Below, in pieces: positions 48,618 to 58,904 of a stretch of 64,000 bases of DNA (positions are counted from its first letter, which is position 1; each line of letters opens with the position of its first letter). The position numbers and the translations under genes are program-made. The stretch covers positions 3,296,001 to 3,360,000 of the forward strand of contig OY759316.1 of assembly GCA_963662275.1 (NCBI GenBank), in the 5' to 3' direction. This DNA comes from Candidatus Cloacimonadales bacterium. Lineage in GTDB: Bacteria; Cloacimonadota; Cloacimonadia; Cloacimonadales; DAONDQ01. A model generated the notes under the pieces. The model did not search any database and was not told the origin of the DNA. It saw only the letters and a list, made by a program, of their open reading frames with translations.

Positions 48618-50057
48618 ATGAATGAAGATAGAAATTTTCAGAAACCCCTATGGCTAATGCTCTGTATTTTTATCATATTGCTCATTGTGGCATATTTGAT
48701 ACCTGCCTATAACCAGGGTAACTGGAAGATTAGAAAGCTCTTTCTATTTTCGGATATTACGAATAAACCTGATAATAATCAGAAACTCACTTTAGCCAGG
48801 ATATTTGGTTTACCAACCCAGACAAAGGTTGGAAAAAGCACTGCTGAATCGAAACCTGCAGTACCACTTGTAGATTCTGAATTAACACCTTTCTTTGAAG
48901 CATTGAAGCTTTGTGAGCAAAATGGGACGCCTGTAAGGATTGCCTATTTTGGTGATTCTATCATCGAAGGTGACTTAATCACACAATCACTCAGAAAAAA
49001 CCTGCAAACCCGCTTCGGTGGTTCAGGTGTTGGCTTTGTACCGATTACTTCCATTGTAGCGAATTTCAGGACAACGATCAAACACAGTTTTTCCAATGAA
49101 TGGTCTACCTTTTCACTCATGAATCCCAACCCCAATAGATATCCTATCGGCATGTCCGGTTATGTGAGTATGCCACTCTGGGAAAAAGTACAATTCAAAA
49201 CTACTGCTGCGCTAGATAGTTCCGGAACTACTCCCGTGCCGGTGGATACGGTTAAGACAATTAGCAGTCCTTATTGCTGGGTAAGATACAGAGGAAGCCC
49301 TGTTTCCAATCCGGATGCTTTATTTCATAGAATAAGACTGTTTTATAGTAATGCTCCTTCAGGGTATTCCATCCAAACAACACTCGGGAAACAACCGATA
49401 CAAAAGATTTCTCTATCTCCGGGAAAAGAATTACAATCTCTGGCATTGAATGTAAATACTCCCATTGAGAACATCGAAATGATATTTCCCAAATCAAATA
49501 GCCTTTGCGCTTATGGTATGAGTTTTGATTCTCCGCGCGGAGTGTATGTCGATAATTATGCTTTACGTGGATATTCAGGAATGTACTTTACTAACATCCC
49601 AAGAAATATCTTAGCTGGTTTTCAACAGCAAATGCATTACAATCTAATTGTTCTTCAATATGGTACTAATGTCTCCCAGGCTAGTGTCAGAGACTACAGT
49701 GCGTATCGTAATGGTATGATCAAATCAATCAGGTATTTGCAGGAGATATTCCCCGGAACCCCGATCCTTGTTATTTCTATTGGTGATAAAAGCATGAAAG
49801 TAGGCACAGAATACCAGACATCTCCTGATATTCCATACCTGGTTCAAGCCCAACAAGAAGTTACCCGAAAAACGAATACTGTTTTTTGGAATCTTTATGA
49901 GAATATGGGTGGATACAATTCTATGGTAACATGGGCAAATTCCACACCTCCCTTGGCTCAGCGAGATTATACCCACTTTAATTCCTATGGGACGAATAAA
50001 ATAGCGGGAATGCTAACCCAGTTCCTGATGAAACAATATGACAATATCAAACGCTAA
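48618..50057 (+). CDS. membrane-anchored SGNH/GDSL esterase or acetyltransferase (O-acetylation cluster)
   Basis: RIAYFGDSIIEGD, LQYGTN, DYTHF; N-terminal TM segment. Confidence 0.8.
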   Translation: MNEDRNFQKPLWLMLCIFIILLIVAYLIPAYNQGNWKIRKLFLFSDITNKPDNNQKLTLARIFGLPTQTKVGKSTAESKPAVPLVDSELTPFFEALKLCEQNGTPVRIAYFGDSIIEGDLITQSLRKNLQTRFGGSGVGFVPITSIVANFRTTIKHSFSNEWSTFSLMNPNPNRYPIGMSGYVSMPLWEKVQFKTTAALDSSGTTPVPVDTVKTISSPYCWVRYRGSPVSNPDALFHRIRLFYSNAPSGYSIQTTLGKQPIQKISLSPGKELQSLALNVNTPIENIEMIFPKSNSLCAYGMSFDSPRGVYVDNYALRGYSGMYFTNIPRNILAGFQQQMHYNLIVLQYGTNVSQASVRDYSAYRNGMIKSIRYLQEIFPGTPILVISIGDKSMKVGTEYQTSPDIPYLVQAQQEVTRKTNTVFWNLYENMGGYNSMVTWANSTPPLAQRDYTHFNSYGTNKIAGMLTQFLMKQYDNIKR

Positions 50058-51531
50058 TCGTTTTGTAATTCAATCAGTTGCTTCTATCTTTTGCCTGTTG
50101 ATGTTGACAGGTTCTTCGTTTGCCGACTCTGATAAGCTGAATATTCAGAATAATACCAGTTTTTCCTTACAATCGGAAAAGGAAGCAGTAGCATCCAATT
50201 TCATTAAATTAACAATGAATCGAACTTCCTACTCATTTATCAGAAAAGACAAGAATATACTTCAAAATGATAGCTTAGGCATGTCTCGTTTTTATCAGAA
50301 ATTATTAGCATTAAGACAAGGAAAAATCGAGCATGTGAATATCGTTCAGATTGGTGATTCACATTTACAATCAGGTTTTACTCCCGATGAAGTAAGATCT
50401 GGCTTGCAGGATTTCTTTGGTGATAGTGGCAGAGGTTTAGTTTTTCCTTATAGAACTGTTGGCGCAAATGAACCTAATGATGTTCTTCTTACTACACAGG
50501 GTTGGGCAAAAGGAAATTCTTCAACAAAAACCTATACCGTTAGAAAAGGTGATACAAAATCAGGGATTGCACGTCGGTTCGGGAAAAGCACAAAATCATT
50601 GAATCGGCTAAATCCCGGTCTGGCTTCAAAGAAAACAATTAAACCCGGTCAGGTACTGATCATTAGTAACTCAACACAAAAGATTCCACCTGGGTTATGC
50701 GGTTATTCTTTGAGAACTTCTTCGAATTTAAATTCGATCACGGTGATTACAAAAACAATAGCGAATGCTTCTCAACAATTCAATATGCTTTCGCTTTTAA
50801 TGGATAGCACGGACAGGAAAATTTCAATAGAAGTCAGCGATAAAAATAATAAACTCCTGGTAAAATCTGTGATTGACCCTTTATCAAACGCAATGAATAG
50901 CGTTCCACTCGCCTGGTCTGATTCTGTGAATTCAGTGCAGATCAAAGTAAACAGTTTGAATGGTGCGAATCCAGGTGTCACTCTCTATGGTATAACTTTG
51001 GAGAGAAATGCCCCTGGCATCATGTATCATAGCATTGGTATTAGTGGTGCAGGATTTGTGAGATATAATCAGAATTTACGCTTTTTCAAACAACTGACGG
51101 TATTAAAACCGGATTTAGTCATTGTTTCGCTTGGGACAAACGATGCTATGGGTACATTTCGCTTAACTAGCTGTGAGCAGGATGCCCTGGAATTCCTTTC
51201 TAACATCCAGGAAGTATTACCCAATGCGGATATTTTACTTACAACACCGCCCAATACATATAAAGTATCTCGTAAAGGAAAAGTGGAAGTTTATGCAATC
51301 CCCCAGATCTGTGATATGATGAAGGATGTTTCGAATTTCAACGGCTTTGCCTGGTGGAACTTCTATGAAATTATGGGTGGACAAGGCTCAATGAAGAAAT
51401 GGGTTAGCAACGGCTTGGCTCAGTACGATCACAAACATTTCAGCGCAAACGGATATCGGGAACAGGGTTATCTGCTTCGTGATTCGATCCTGCAGGGGTA
51501 TGCTTCCTATGTGGCAAGACTGGCTAAATAA
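50038..51531 (+). CDS. SGNH/GDSL hydrolase with an inserted LysM domain
   Basis: IVQIGDSH, SLGTND, DHKHF; LysM YTVRKGDTKSGIARRFG...LNRLNP...IKPGQVLII. Confidence 0.82.
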   Translation: MTISNANRFVIQSVASIFCLLMLTGSSFADSDKLNIQNNTSFSLQSEKEAVASNFIKLTMNRTSYSFIRKDKNILQNDSLGMSRFYQKLLALRQGKIEHVNIVQIGDSHLQSGFTPDEVRSGLQDFFGDSGRGLVFPYRTVGANEPNDVLLTTQGWAKGNSSTKTYTVRKGDTKSGIARRFGKSTKSLNRLNPGLASKKTIKPGQVLIISNSTQKIPPGLCGYSLRTSSNLNSITVITKTIANASQQFNMLSLLMDSTDRKISIEVSDKNNKLLVKSVIDPLSNAMNSVPLAWSDSVNSVQIKVNSLNGANPGVTLYGITLERNAPGIMYHSIGISGAGFVRYNQNLRFFKQLTVLKPDLVIVSLGTNDAMGTFRLTSCEQDALEFLSNIQEVLPNADILLTTPPNTYKVSRKGKVEVYAIPQICDMMKDVSNFNGFAWWNFYEIMGGQGSMKKWVSNGLAQYDHKHFSANGYREQGYLLRDSILQGYASYVARLAK

Positions 51532-52975
51532 CCTGCTATCCCTTCTTGTTTACGATGTACATAAACCATTGCTGTTTAACAGTATGTTCTTCTTTATTTA
51601 TTTCCTCTTACTTCTCATCTTTTATCAATTCATCCTGAAAAAAGTCAATGTCAGAACGTGGTATCTGATTGCTTTTTCCCTGTACTTCTATTATAAGACC
51701 AGCGGTATTTTTGTCCTTTTATTGATTACCACAGCTTTCATTAATTTCGTGATCAGCGAGTGGATAGATGCTTCCACATCGGAACGAAAGCGGAAATGGC
51801 TATTCTTCTTAAGTATTGTCTGGAACTTGGGAACACTCGGATATTATAAATACACAAATTTCTTTTTCCAAGCGCTGAATGACATAGGGCATCTGAATCT
51901 CCAGCATGTGGATATTTTCCTGCCCATTGGTATCTCTTTCTTCACCTTCCAAACGATGAGCTACACATTTGATATCTATCGTCGTAAGCTTAAACCGACA
52001 AAGAGTTTTGCTGACTTACTCTTCTTTGTGGCATGTTTCCCGCACCTGGTTGCAGGCCCTATTGTCAGGGCTGCCAAGTTCCTACCACAGGTACGTAAGA
52101 AAATTACACTGAGTAATGCGCAAATGGCATCAGCATTATTCCTGATCATCAGCGGACTGGTAAAGAAAGCTGTTATTGCAGATTATATCAGCATCAACTT
52201 TGTAGAACGTGTCTTTTCAGAACCTGGACGCTTCAGCGGAGTGGAGAACCTGCTTGCCATTTACGCTTATGCCCTGCAGATCTATTGTGATTTCTCCGGT
52301 TACTCGGATATTGCGATAGGCTTGGCTAGGTTGATAGGTTTTGAACTTTGTGAAAACTTCAATTTACCCTATCGCTCAAAGAGCATTACTGAATTCTGGA
52401 GAAGATGGCATATCTCACTTTCCTCCTGGTTGAAGGATTATCTCTATATCCCTCTTGGTGGTAATCGAAAGGGAAAGATCAGACAGTATGTGAACCTGAT
52501 GGTGACAATGCTTCTCGGTGGACTTTGGCATGGTGCTTCCTGGAATTATGTTGTCTGGGGCGGTATTCATGGGATAGGTCTTTGTGTAGATAAACTGCTT
52601 TTGAAATGGAAGTTCCTGAACACTTGGCTGGGAAAGTCAATGGGCTTGATCATTACCTTCCATTTCGTCTGTTTCGCTTGGATCTTCTTCAGGGCACCGG
52701 ATTTTGCCTCAGCAGGTGTTATGTTGAAACAGATTTTCACTGCTTTCCAGGCTCCTGTTTTCTTCGACTGGATCAAAGGCTTCAGGGGCGTCGCTATCCT
52801 GATGCTCTTCGGCTATGTCATGCACTTCATTCCCCGAAAATTCGACGAAATATCGGAAAAGATACTTTATCATCTGCCGGTCCCTGCCCAATCCCTGATC
52901 ATTGCTGCTGTCATTTGGGTTATGTACCAGGTCAAATCTTCCGATATCCAACCGTTTATCTATTTCCAGTTTTAA
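51509..52975 (+). CDS. MBOAT O-acyltransferase (AlgI/PatA/DltB family)
   Basis: LPIGISFFTFQ, LVAGPIVR, QIYCDFSGYSDIA, EFWRRWHISLSSWLKDYLYIPLGG, GLWHGA and terminal FIYFQF. Confidence 0.93.
   Translation: MWQDWLNNLLSLLVYDVHKPLLFNSMFFFIYFLLLLIFYQFILKKVNVRTWYLIAFSLYFYYKTSGIFVLLLITTAFINFVISEWIDASTSERKRKWLFFLSIVWNLGTLGYYKYTNFFFQALNDIGHLNLQHVDIFLPIGISFFTFQTMSYTFDIYRRKLKPTKSFADLLFFVACFPHLVAGPIVRAAKFLPQVRKKITLSNAQMASALFLIISGLVKKAVIADYISINFVERVFSEPGRFSGVENLLAIYAYALQIYCDFSGYSDIAIGLARLIGFELCENFNLPYRSKSITEFWRRWHISLSSWLKDYLYIPLGGNRKGKIRQYVNLMVTMLLGGLWHGASWNYVVWGGIHGIGLCVDKLLLKWKFLNTWLGKSMGLIITFHFVCFAWIFFRAPDFASAGVMLKQIFTAFQAPVFFDWIKGFRGVAILMLFGYVMHFIPRKFDEISEKILYHLPVPAQSLIIAAVIWVMYQVKSSDIQPFIYFQF
52923..52975 (+). 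repeat. left copy of a 53-bp direct repeat (3' end of the MBOAT gene; att-like)
   Basis: tgtaccaggtcaaatcttccgatatccaaccgtttatctatttccagttttaa; 51/53 identical to 61416-61468. Confidence 0.92.
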
Positions 52976-52976
52976 A

Positions 52977-53450
52977 TTACCAGCATCTTCTCAGTTTTGT
53001 TGCCTGCTGAACTTGTTTTTTTGAAAATTGTTCCAAGGATACTATGAAGTCGTTGATTTTGGCATCAATCAATCCCATTAGCTTGCAGATATTATCAAAT
53101 TTGTCTTGATATGGACCCTCAAAAAAAGAAGGATCAGGGAAACTCCAATGCAGATGTTTTAAAGCTCCCAGAAAAATGGGACAACGTTCTCCACTCGCAT
53201 CGTCGCAAACCGTGATTACAAAATTGAATCTTGCTTGTTTCTTTTGAAGATCAAATACGTTCTTCGTCTTTTTATTTGAAATATCAACTCCAATTGATTT
53301 TAGGACATCTATTACCATAGGATTGAGCTCACCCGGTTCCAAACCGGCACTTTCGACATGGATTGCATCCCCTAACTTCAAACGGAGAAGCTCTTCTGCA
53401 ATTTGGCTGCGAGCTGAATTATGGATACAGACGAAGAGTACTTTGATCAT
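52977..53450 (-). CDS. arsC: arsenate reductase (LMW-PTP/thioredoxin-type ArsC)
   Basis: VLFVCIHNSARSQIAE, SAG, VITVCD..SGERCPIF, HWSFPDP. Confidence 0.85.
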   Translation of the reverse strand: MIKVLFVCIHNSARSQIAEELLRLKLGDAIHVESAGLEPGELNPMVIDVLKSIGVDISNKKTKNVFDLQKKQARFNFVITVCDDASGERCPIFLGALKHLHWSFPDPSFFEGPYQDKFDNICKLMGLIDAKINDFIVSLEQFSKKQVQQATKLRRCW

Positions 53451-54118
53451 GATAAGTCTTCTTTTTTCAGGTTTTCTTCTAAGTGATGCTTAATGACTCT
53501 TCCTTGCACGATATAGACAGTATTTTCACCGATATTCGTACTTAAATCAGCTACTCTTTCAAAGTTCTTGGCAATTCTCAGCAAATGCATGTAATGCTCA
53601 ATTTCAGCGGGACGGTCTTTCATTAATGAGACAATTTGATGATATATACGTCGATTATAACCATCTACTATTTCATCCTGGCTGCAGACTAGTCTTGCTT
53701 TGTCCACGTCTTCTTTCATGTAGGCATCAATGCTATCCAACAGCATTTTTAGGGCTACTTCTTTCATTTTTATAAGGTCGGGCAACTGAGAGTTTAAAGG
53801 GCTACCTGTCATTTTAGCGACACTTTCGGCGATATTAAATGCTTGGTCCCCTAATCTTTCCAAGTCATTATTGATTTTATAGATCATGAGGATCAAACGT
53901 AAGTCTTTTGCTTCGGGATGGAATAATGCCATAAGGACTATGCAATCATCTTCTATCTGCATCTCCATTTGATTTACTTTTTGCTCAAACTCCGCTACTT
54001 CATCGAATCTGTTAATGCCTTTTTCTATGCCTTCAAATGAGTAAGAAACCATCTTTTCAACAGTGGCTGCCATTTCGATGATCTTCTCTTTTAATTGTGT
54101 AATCTTAGTGATTAACAT
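53447..54118 (-). CDS. phoU: phosphate signalling protein PhoU
   Basis: PEAKDLR, NDLERLGDQA, FERVADLSTNIGE; follows pstB. Confidence 0.93.
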   Translation of the reverse strand: MLITKITQLKEKIIEMAATVEKMVSYSFEGIEKGINRFDEVAEFEQKVNQMEMQIEDDCIVLMALFHPEAKDLRLILMIYKINNDLERLGDQAFNIAESVAKMTGSPLNSQLPDLIKMKEVALKMLLDSIDAYMKEDVDKARLVCSQDEIVDGYNRRIYHQIVSLMKDRPAEIEHYMHLLRIAKNFERVADLSTNIGENTVYIVQGRVIKHHLEENLKKEDLS

Positions 54119-54127
54119 ATGTTCTCC

Positions 54128-54886
54128 TTAACCAAAGACACCGGTAAGATATGCTTCAGTTCGCTTATCCTGGGGCACCGTAAATACTTTATGGGTTTCT
54201 CCAAATTCAACCAGTTCGCCCAGGTACATATAAGCAGTGTAATCCGAAATCCTGCCTGCTTGTGAGATATTATGGGTAACAATTAGAATTGTCACATGTT
54301 TTTTTAATTCGACACAAAGCTCTTCAATTTTGGCAGTTGATTGCGGATCAAGAGCAGAAGTGGGTTCATCGAGAAGGAGAACTTCCGGCTTGTTAGCCAA
54401 AGCCCGAGCAATGCATAAACGCTGTTGTTGTCCGCCTGATAGTGACATTGCTGATTCCTGCAATCTATCCTTGACTTCTTCCCATATACAGGCTGCCTTT
54501 AAACTCTCTTCTACCCTGTCTTGAATTTCATTTTTTTTGTATTTGCCTTGAACAACAAGTCCATATGCCACGTTACTGTAAATTGATTTGGGAAAAGGAT
54601 TGGGTTTCTGAAATACCATACCAACCCTGGTTCGGATGTTTGTTACATCAGCTTTTGAATCATAAATATCTTCACCACTCAAAAGCACATTTCCTGTTAT
54701 CATGGTTTCAGCTATCAGGTCATTCATACGATTGAAGGTTCGAAGAAGTGTTGATTTTCCACATCCGCTTGGACCAATTATAGCAGTTATTTTCTTTTCT
54801 GCGATTCCAATATTAACATCATGTAAAACCTGGTTGTCTCCAAACCAAAGGTTAAGTTCTTTTGTTTGAATCTGATTGTTTACCAT
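54128..54886 (-). CDS. pstB: phosphate ABC transporter ATPase
   Basis: [54 protein letters not shown]. Confidence 0.96.
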   Translation of the reverse strand: MVNNQIQTKELNLWFGDNQVLHDVNIGIAEKKITAIIGPSGCGKSTLLRTFNRMNDLIAETMITGNVLLSGEDIYDSKADVTNIRTRVGMVFQKPNPFPKSIYSNVAYGLVVQGKYKKNEIQDRVEESLKAACIWEEVKDRLQESAMSLSGGQQQRLCIARALANKPEVLLLDEPTSALDPQSTAKIEELCVELKKHVTILIVTHNISQAGRISDYTAYMYLGELVEFGETHKVFTVPQDKRTEAYLTGVFG

Positions 54887-55734
54887 TTTCTTTTCTTCCT
54901 CATTCTATAACGTATTATGATAGCCACTGAGCTAACGCCCATTACCAGGAGTAATAAAACAACCGCTGAACCATATGCTATTGGGACTTGAGATTCTGCA
55001 TGTGTACCTTCGGTCATCAAAGCATAGATATGATACGGTAATGCCATAACTTCATCAGATAAACTTCTTGGCAGTCTTAATGAGTAAAAAGTAGCTGCCG
55101 TAAACATGATCGGTGCGGTTTCTCCTGCTACTCTTCCGATGCTGATGATGATTCCAGTCAGGATATTTGGCAAAGCTGTTGGTATCAGGACACGCATTAT
55201 TGTTTGACTCTCCGTTGCTCCTAAAGCCAGTGAAGCTTGATAAAAATCGTTTGGAACTGCACGTAAAGCTTCCTCACTAGTATTAATAATGACTGGTAAT
55301 GCCAATACTGCAAGAGTCAGCGAACCTGAAATAAGGGAAACGTTCATTTTCAGCAGATTCACAAACAAAGCTAAACCAAATAAGCCATAGACAATCGAGG
55401 GAATTCCCGCAAGAGTATTGATTGATATCCTAACTATTTTCATCAGCCACCTGGGTTTTCCATAACAATTCAGGAATATAGCAGTCGCCAATCCTAAGGG
55501 TAATGCAATCGAAATGGATAAGACCGTCAGCCAAAAAGTTCCAACTAAAGCTGGATAGATTCCGCCTTCAGTCATGCCTTTTAAAGGTGACTGAGTTAGG
55601 AAACTCCAACTGATAACTACCAGTCCTTTAGAAAGTATCTTGTACAAAAAAAGAACTAAAAAACCAATAGTTACTGCTAAACAGATTCGCATGACATTGA
55701 TTCCAATGAATTGTTTAACGCTTCTCTTGTTCAT
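54880..55734 (-). CDS. pstA: phosphate ABC transporter permease PstA
   Basis: [40 protein letters not shown]. Confidence 0.93.
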   Translation of the reverse strand: MNKRSVKQFIGINVMRICLAVTIGFLVLFLYKILSKGLVVISWSFLTQSPLKGMTEGGIYPALVGTFWLTVLSISIALPLGLATAIFLNCYGKPRWLMKIVRISINTLAGIPSIVYGLFGLALFVNLLKMNVSLISGSLTLAVLALPVIINTSEEALRAVPNDFYQASLALGATESQTIMRVLIPTALPNILTGIIISIGRVAGETAPIMFTAATFYSLRLPRSLSDEVMALPYHIYALMTEGTHAESQVPIAYGSAVVLLLLVMGVSSVAIIIRYRMRKKRKW

Positions 55735-56600
55735 TTCTTTACTCTCTTTAAAAAGACAAGCTCTGTCACTAGATTACTTACAAATGTAATGACAAAAAGT
55801 ATGATCGCCAAGGCAAACAAAGCATTGTAATGCACATCTCCAACAACTGTTTCGCCCATTTCAGAGGCAATTGCAGATGTCATTGGTCGTACAGAAGAGA
55901 AGATATTATGTGGAATTTGAGCGCTGCCACCTGCTACCATTAATACAACCATCGTCTCACCTATAGCTCTGCCAAAACCTATCAGTATACTGCCTATGAT
56001 ACCGCTTTTAGCTGCAGGCACAACTACTTTCGTAATGGTTTCCCAGGGAGTCGCACCAAGAGCCAATGATGCTTCTCTTAGATTTTTAGGCACGTTTGTA
56101 AGTGCATCTTCACTCATGCTTGTAATGATTGGAATTATCATAATTCCTAAGATGACAGATGCTGAGAATAAATTCAGTCCTGAATCTAATCCAAATAACT
56201 GTCGGATAGCAGGAGCCAGGAATGCCATTCCAAACAAACCATATACAACGGAAGGTATTCCTGCAAGAAGTTCAACAATTGGTTTTGTGATTTCTTTCAT
56301 TCTTGAGCTTGCTAATTCTGCAATATATATTGCTGAACCTAATCCCAAAGGTACAGCAATGATCAAAGCACCCAAAGTCACATAGATCGATCCAATAATC
56401 AAACTGCCGACACCAAATGCAGGTGGATCGTGAGTTGGATACCAGGCAATACTGAAAAGGAATTCTTTCACACTGACAACACGAAATATTGGTAAACCTT
56501 CCTTAAAAATACTGAATATAATCCCAATTAGGAACACCATGACAAACATGGATGCTGTATAGGTTATGGCTCTAAAGAACTTTTCTTTGTATGAATTCAC
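55731..56600 (-). CDS. pstC: phosphate ABC transporter permease PstC
   Basis: [38 protein letters not shown]. Confidence 0.93.
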   Translation of the reverse strand: MNSYKEKFFRAITYTASMFVMVFLIGIIFSIFKEGLPIFRVVSVKEFLFSIAWYPTHDPPAFGVGSLIIGSIYVTLGALIIAVPLGLGSAIYIAELASSRMKEITKPIVELLAGIPSVVYGLFGMAFLAPAIRQLFGLDSGLNLFSASVILGIMIIPIITSMSEDALTNVPKNLREASLALGATPWETITKVVVPAAKSGIIGSILIGFGRAIGETMVVLMVAGGSAQIPHNIFSSVRPMTSAIASEMGETVVGDVHYNALFALAIILFVITFVSNLVTELVFLKRVKK

Positions 56601-56621
56601 ATTTGTTCCTTTTCCTCATGT

Positions 56622-56656
56622 CAAGAAGGGACACAGGAGGGGTGCATCCCTTCTTG
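56622..56656. other. pstS-pstC intergenic hairpin (mRNA stabiliser or partial terminator)
   Basis: Inverted repeat CAAGAAGGGA...TCCCTTCTTG. Confidence 0.55.
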
Positions 56657-56675
56657 TTTCTGTTTAATCACTCAA

Positions 56676-57488
56676 TTAGTCGAGAGAAATGAAGCCATTG
56701 TCTTTTACGATCTTTTGTCCTTCAGCAGATTGGATAAATGATATAAAAGTCGCAGCATTGCCTTTGGCTTTGCCATTTGTATACATATAGAGCTTGCGGC
56801 TAAGTTTATAACTCATATCTTTTACAGTCTTTTCAGTAGGTAGAACATTATCAATAGTTAAAGCATGAACCTTATCCGTCATGTATCCAAGCCCGATATA
56901 ACCAATTGCCCCAGGAGTATCACCAACGGATGAAGCAACCGCATTGTTTGAAGCAAGCATCTGGGCAGAATCAATTACTTTTGAACCTTGCAATGCTTTT
57001 TCATTAAAGACTTCGAATGTTCCTGATGAAACGTCCCTGGATATAACCACAATTGGTAAGTTCTTCCCTCCCAGTTGACTCCAATTGGTCAGTTTTCCAG
57101 TGTAGATACTTTTCAATTGTTTGAGTGAGATTCCTCTTACACCGTTGGCATTATTCACAATGATAGCAATACCATCGTTCGCAACGAAATATGGAACAGG
57201 GTTAATCCCTTTTCCTTTAGCCTGTGTAATTTCTTTGGCTTTCATTGGACGGGATGAGTTTGCTATATCTGCTGAATTTGATAGCAAGGCTGCTATGCCA
57301 ACACCACTGCCGCCACCCCGAATGGATATATTCACAGAAGGATATTTTGCCATAAAGGCTTCTGCTGCAGCCTGGGCAATAGGCAGAACTGTGGTCGAAC
57401 CTGAACAGGTCAATTGATTAGCACTTTTAGAAAATAAGGGTATTGCAATCAGCAGTATCACAAGGATTATGATGGTCATTCTTTTCAT
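56676..57488 (-). CDS. pstS: phosphate ABC transporter substrate-binding protein
   Basis: SGSTTVLP, GGGSGVGI, ADIANSSR, RDVSSGTFE, GAIGYIG. Confidence 0.93.
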   Translation of the reverse strand: MKRMTIIILVILLIAIPLFSKSANQLTCSGSTTVLPIAQAAAEAFMAKYPSVNISIRGGGSGVGIAALLSNSADIANSSRPMKAKEITQAKGKGINPVPYFVANDGIAIIVNNANGVRGISLKQLKSIYTGKLTNWSQLGGKNLPIVVISRDVSSGTFEVFNEKALQGSKVIDSAQMLASNNAVASSVGDTPGAIGYIGLGYMTDKVHALTIDNVLPTEKTVKDMSYKLSRKLYMYTNGKAKGNAATFISFIQSAEGQKIVKDNGFISLD

Positions 57489-57508
57489 GATAGATATCTC
57501 CAGTTTTC

Positions 57509-58702
57509 TTAATTCGTTAAAGTATTAGAGAATTTCCATTTCAGTTGGAGCATGATCTGGCTGCTGTCCTTCATTCCTTTGGCAAATGAACTGGCAGATT
57601 CACTCTCATCATACTTCCTGGAGGAATAGTCCAACTGTAATGTAAGTTGTGGAATATCAGAAGCATCAGGTAGGAAACCATAATTAACACCGAATATCAA
57701 GGTATTCAGCAGTGATCTGGCAGAATCAGTTGTTGGTCTATCACTTTCATCCCAGCTATCGTATCTCCCGATTACTTCAATTGGTATATTAATAATCGAT
57801 TTCAAAGCAATCGAAGGCATAATCATCAAGCCCTTGGCTTTATAATCTTTCCCGGTTGCATTGGGGTACTCGACCTCTTTGGATATATATTCCATCCAAA
57901 CATCTGCCGGACCATAAGCGATACGACCTAAACAGTCTATGAGGCTCTGCTTTTCAAATTTGCTATTTATCACATCCCCCGATAGTGTTTTATCTCTTCC
58001 AACAGAGTTACTCATATATGAACCACCTATTGTTACGCCTTGTATGGGTGTCAAACGCAGATTACCGAGATAAGTGAAGTCAGTATTTTCGCTTAGGCTA
58101 GCCCCAACTTTTTTATAACCTTCACCATTATATAATCCAAAAGCATATTCTCCCCAACCTTGTGGAATGAAACCGTTTAGGGTGATTCCATAGTCAGACG
58201 AGTTAACCACTTTATATAGATCACTAGGTGCTTTTTCAATTAGCGCATAACTCCAATCATAGATGGTCCCGAAGTATGTTTTCTGCAGTCCGACGGTTAA
58301 GTACAAATCTGGAATTGGAGTCAAATTGCCAAATTCAACATATCCATATTTGAGCTTTAGTCCTGCTCCGTCCATAGTAGCATTTTTTAAAGAGTCTATA
58401 GGCATGGTTTTATCACCGGGAACCTGATGAGTGGCATCTGAAGAAAACATATCCACTGTAAACCTGGCTTTCGTATTGGTTGAAAAGGATGTTTCAAGTC
58501 CAAAATATCCTCTTTCCAAGGATAAATAGTTTTTAGATAGCTTGTTAACGTAACTGCCTTGGGCATTTTTGAACTTGGCTGTTTCGTTTGTCCACCGCCC
58601 CCACATTTCTCCGCTTAGTTTTGTTTCCAGGGCAGAAGCGAACACCGAAACACATAGCAGGCTTGCTGTTACAATAAGCTTACTGAGCAATTTGATCGTC
58701 AT
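57509..58702 (-). CDS. putative phosphate-starvation outer-membrane porin
   Basis: Signal peptide and amphipathic beta-strands (ERGYFG, LKLKYGY, YNGEG, GRYD, LQLKWKF); first gene of the pst operon. Confidence 0.65.
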   Translation of the reverse strand: MTIKLLSKLIVTASLLCVSVFASALETKLSGEMWGRWTNETAKFKNAQGSYVNKLSKNYLSLERGYFGLETSFSTNTKARFTVDMFSSDATHQVPGDKTMPIDSLKNATMDGAGLKLKYGYVEFGNLTPIPDLYLTVGLQKTYFGTIYDWSYALIEKAPSDLYKVVNSSDYGITLNGFIPQGWGEYAFGLYNGEGYKKVGASLSENTDFTYLGNLRLTPIQGVTIGGSYMSNSVGRDKTLSGDVINSKFEKQSLIDCLGRIAYGPADVWMEYISKEVEYPNATGKDYKAKGLMIMPSIALKSIINIPIEVIGRYDSWDESDRPTTDSARSLLNTLIFGVNYGFLPDASDIPQLTLQLDYSSRKYDESESASSFAKGMKDSSQIMLQLKWKFSNTLTN

Positions 58703-58751
58703 TTGATTCTCCTTTTTTATTTGCTTAGTCTGCTTAATTATACGCTTTGAA

Positions 58752-58825
58752 TGTTAAGATTGTATAAACTTTATGTTAAGAATTGCTAACACTTTAGAAA
58801 ATACCGATTGTTAAGAATAATTAAC
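58752..58825. promoter_or_regulatory. Pho-box-like TTAACA repeats in the porin/phoB divergent promoter
   Basis: tgttaa (58752), tataaa (58763) and tgttaa (58774) are in 11-bp phase; a further tgttaa is at 58809. Confidence 0.55.
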
Positions 58826-58904
58826 CGAATTTGCAGATATTTAGCTTGTCATGAACTGGTAGTATTGCTTTATGGGGGCGTTTTGCTAAACAAAGAGAGA
58901 TAAT

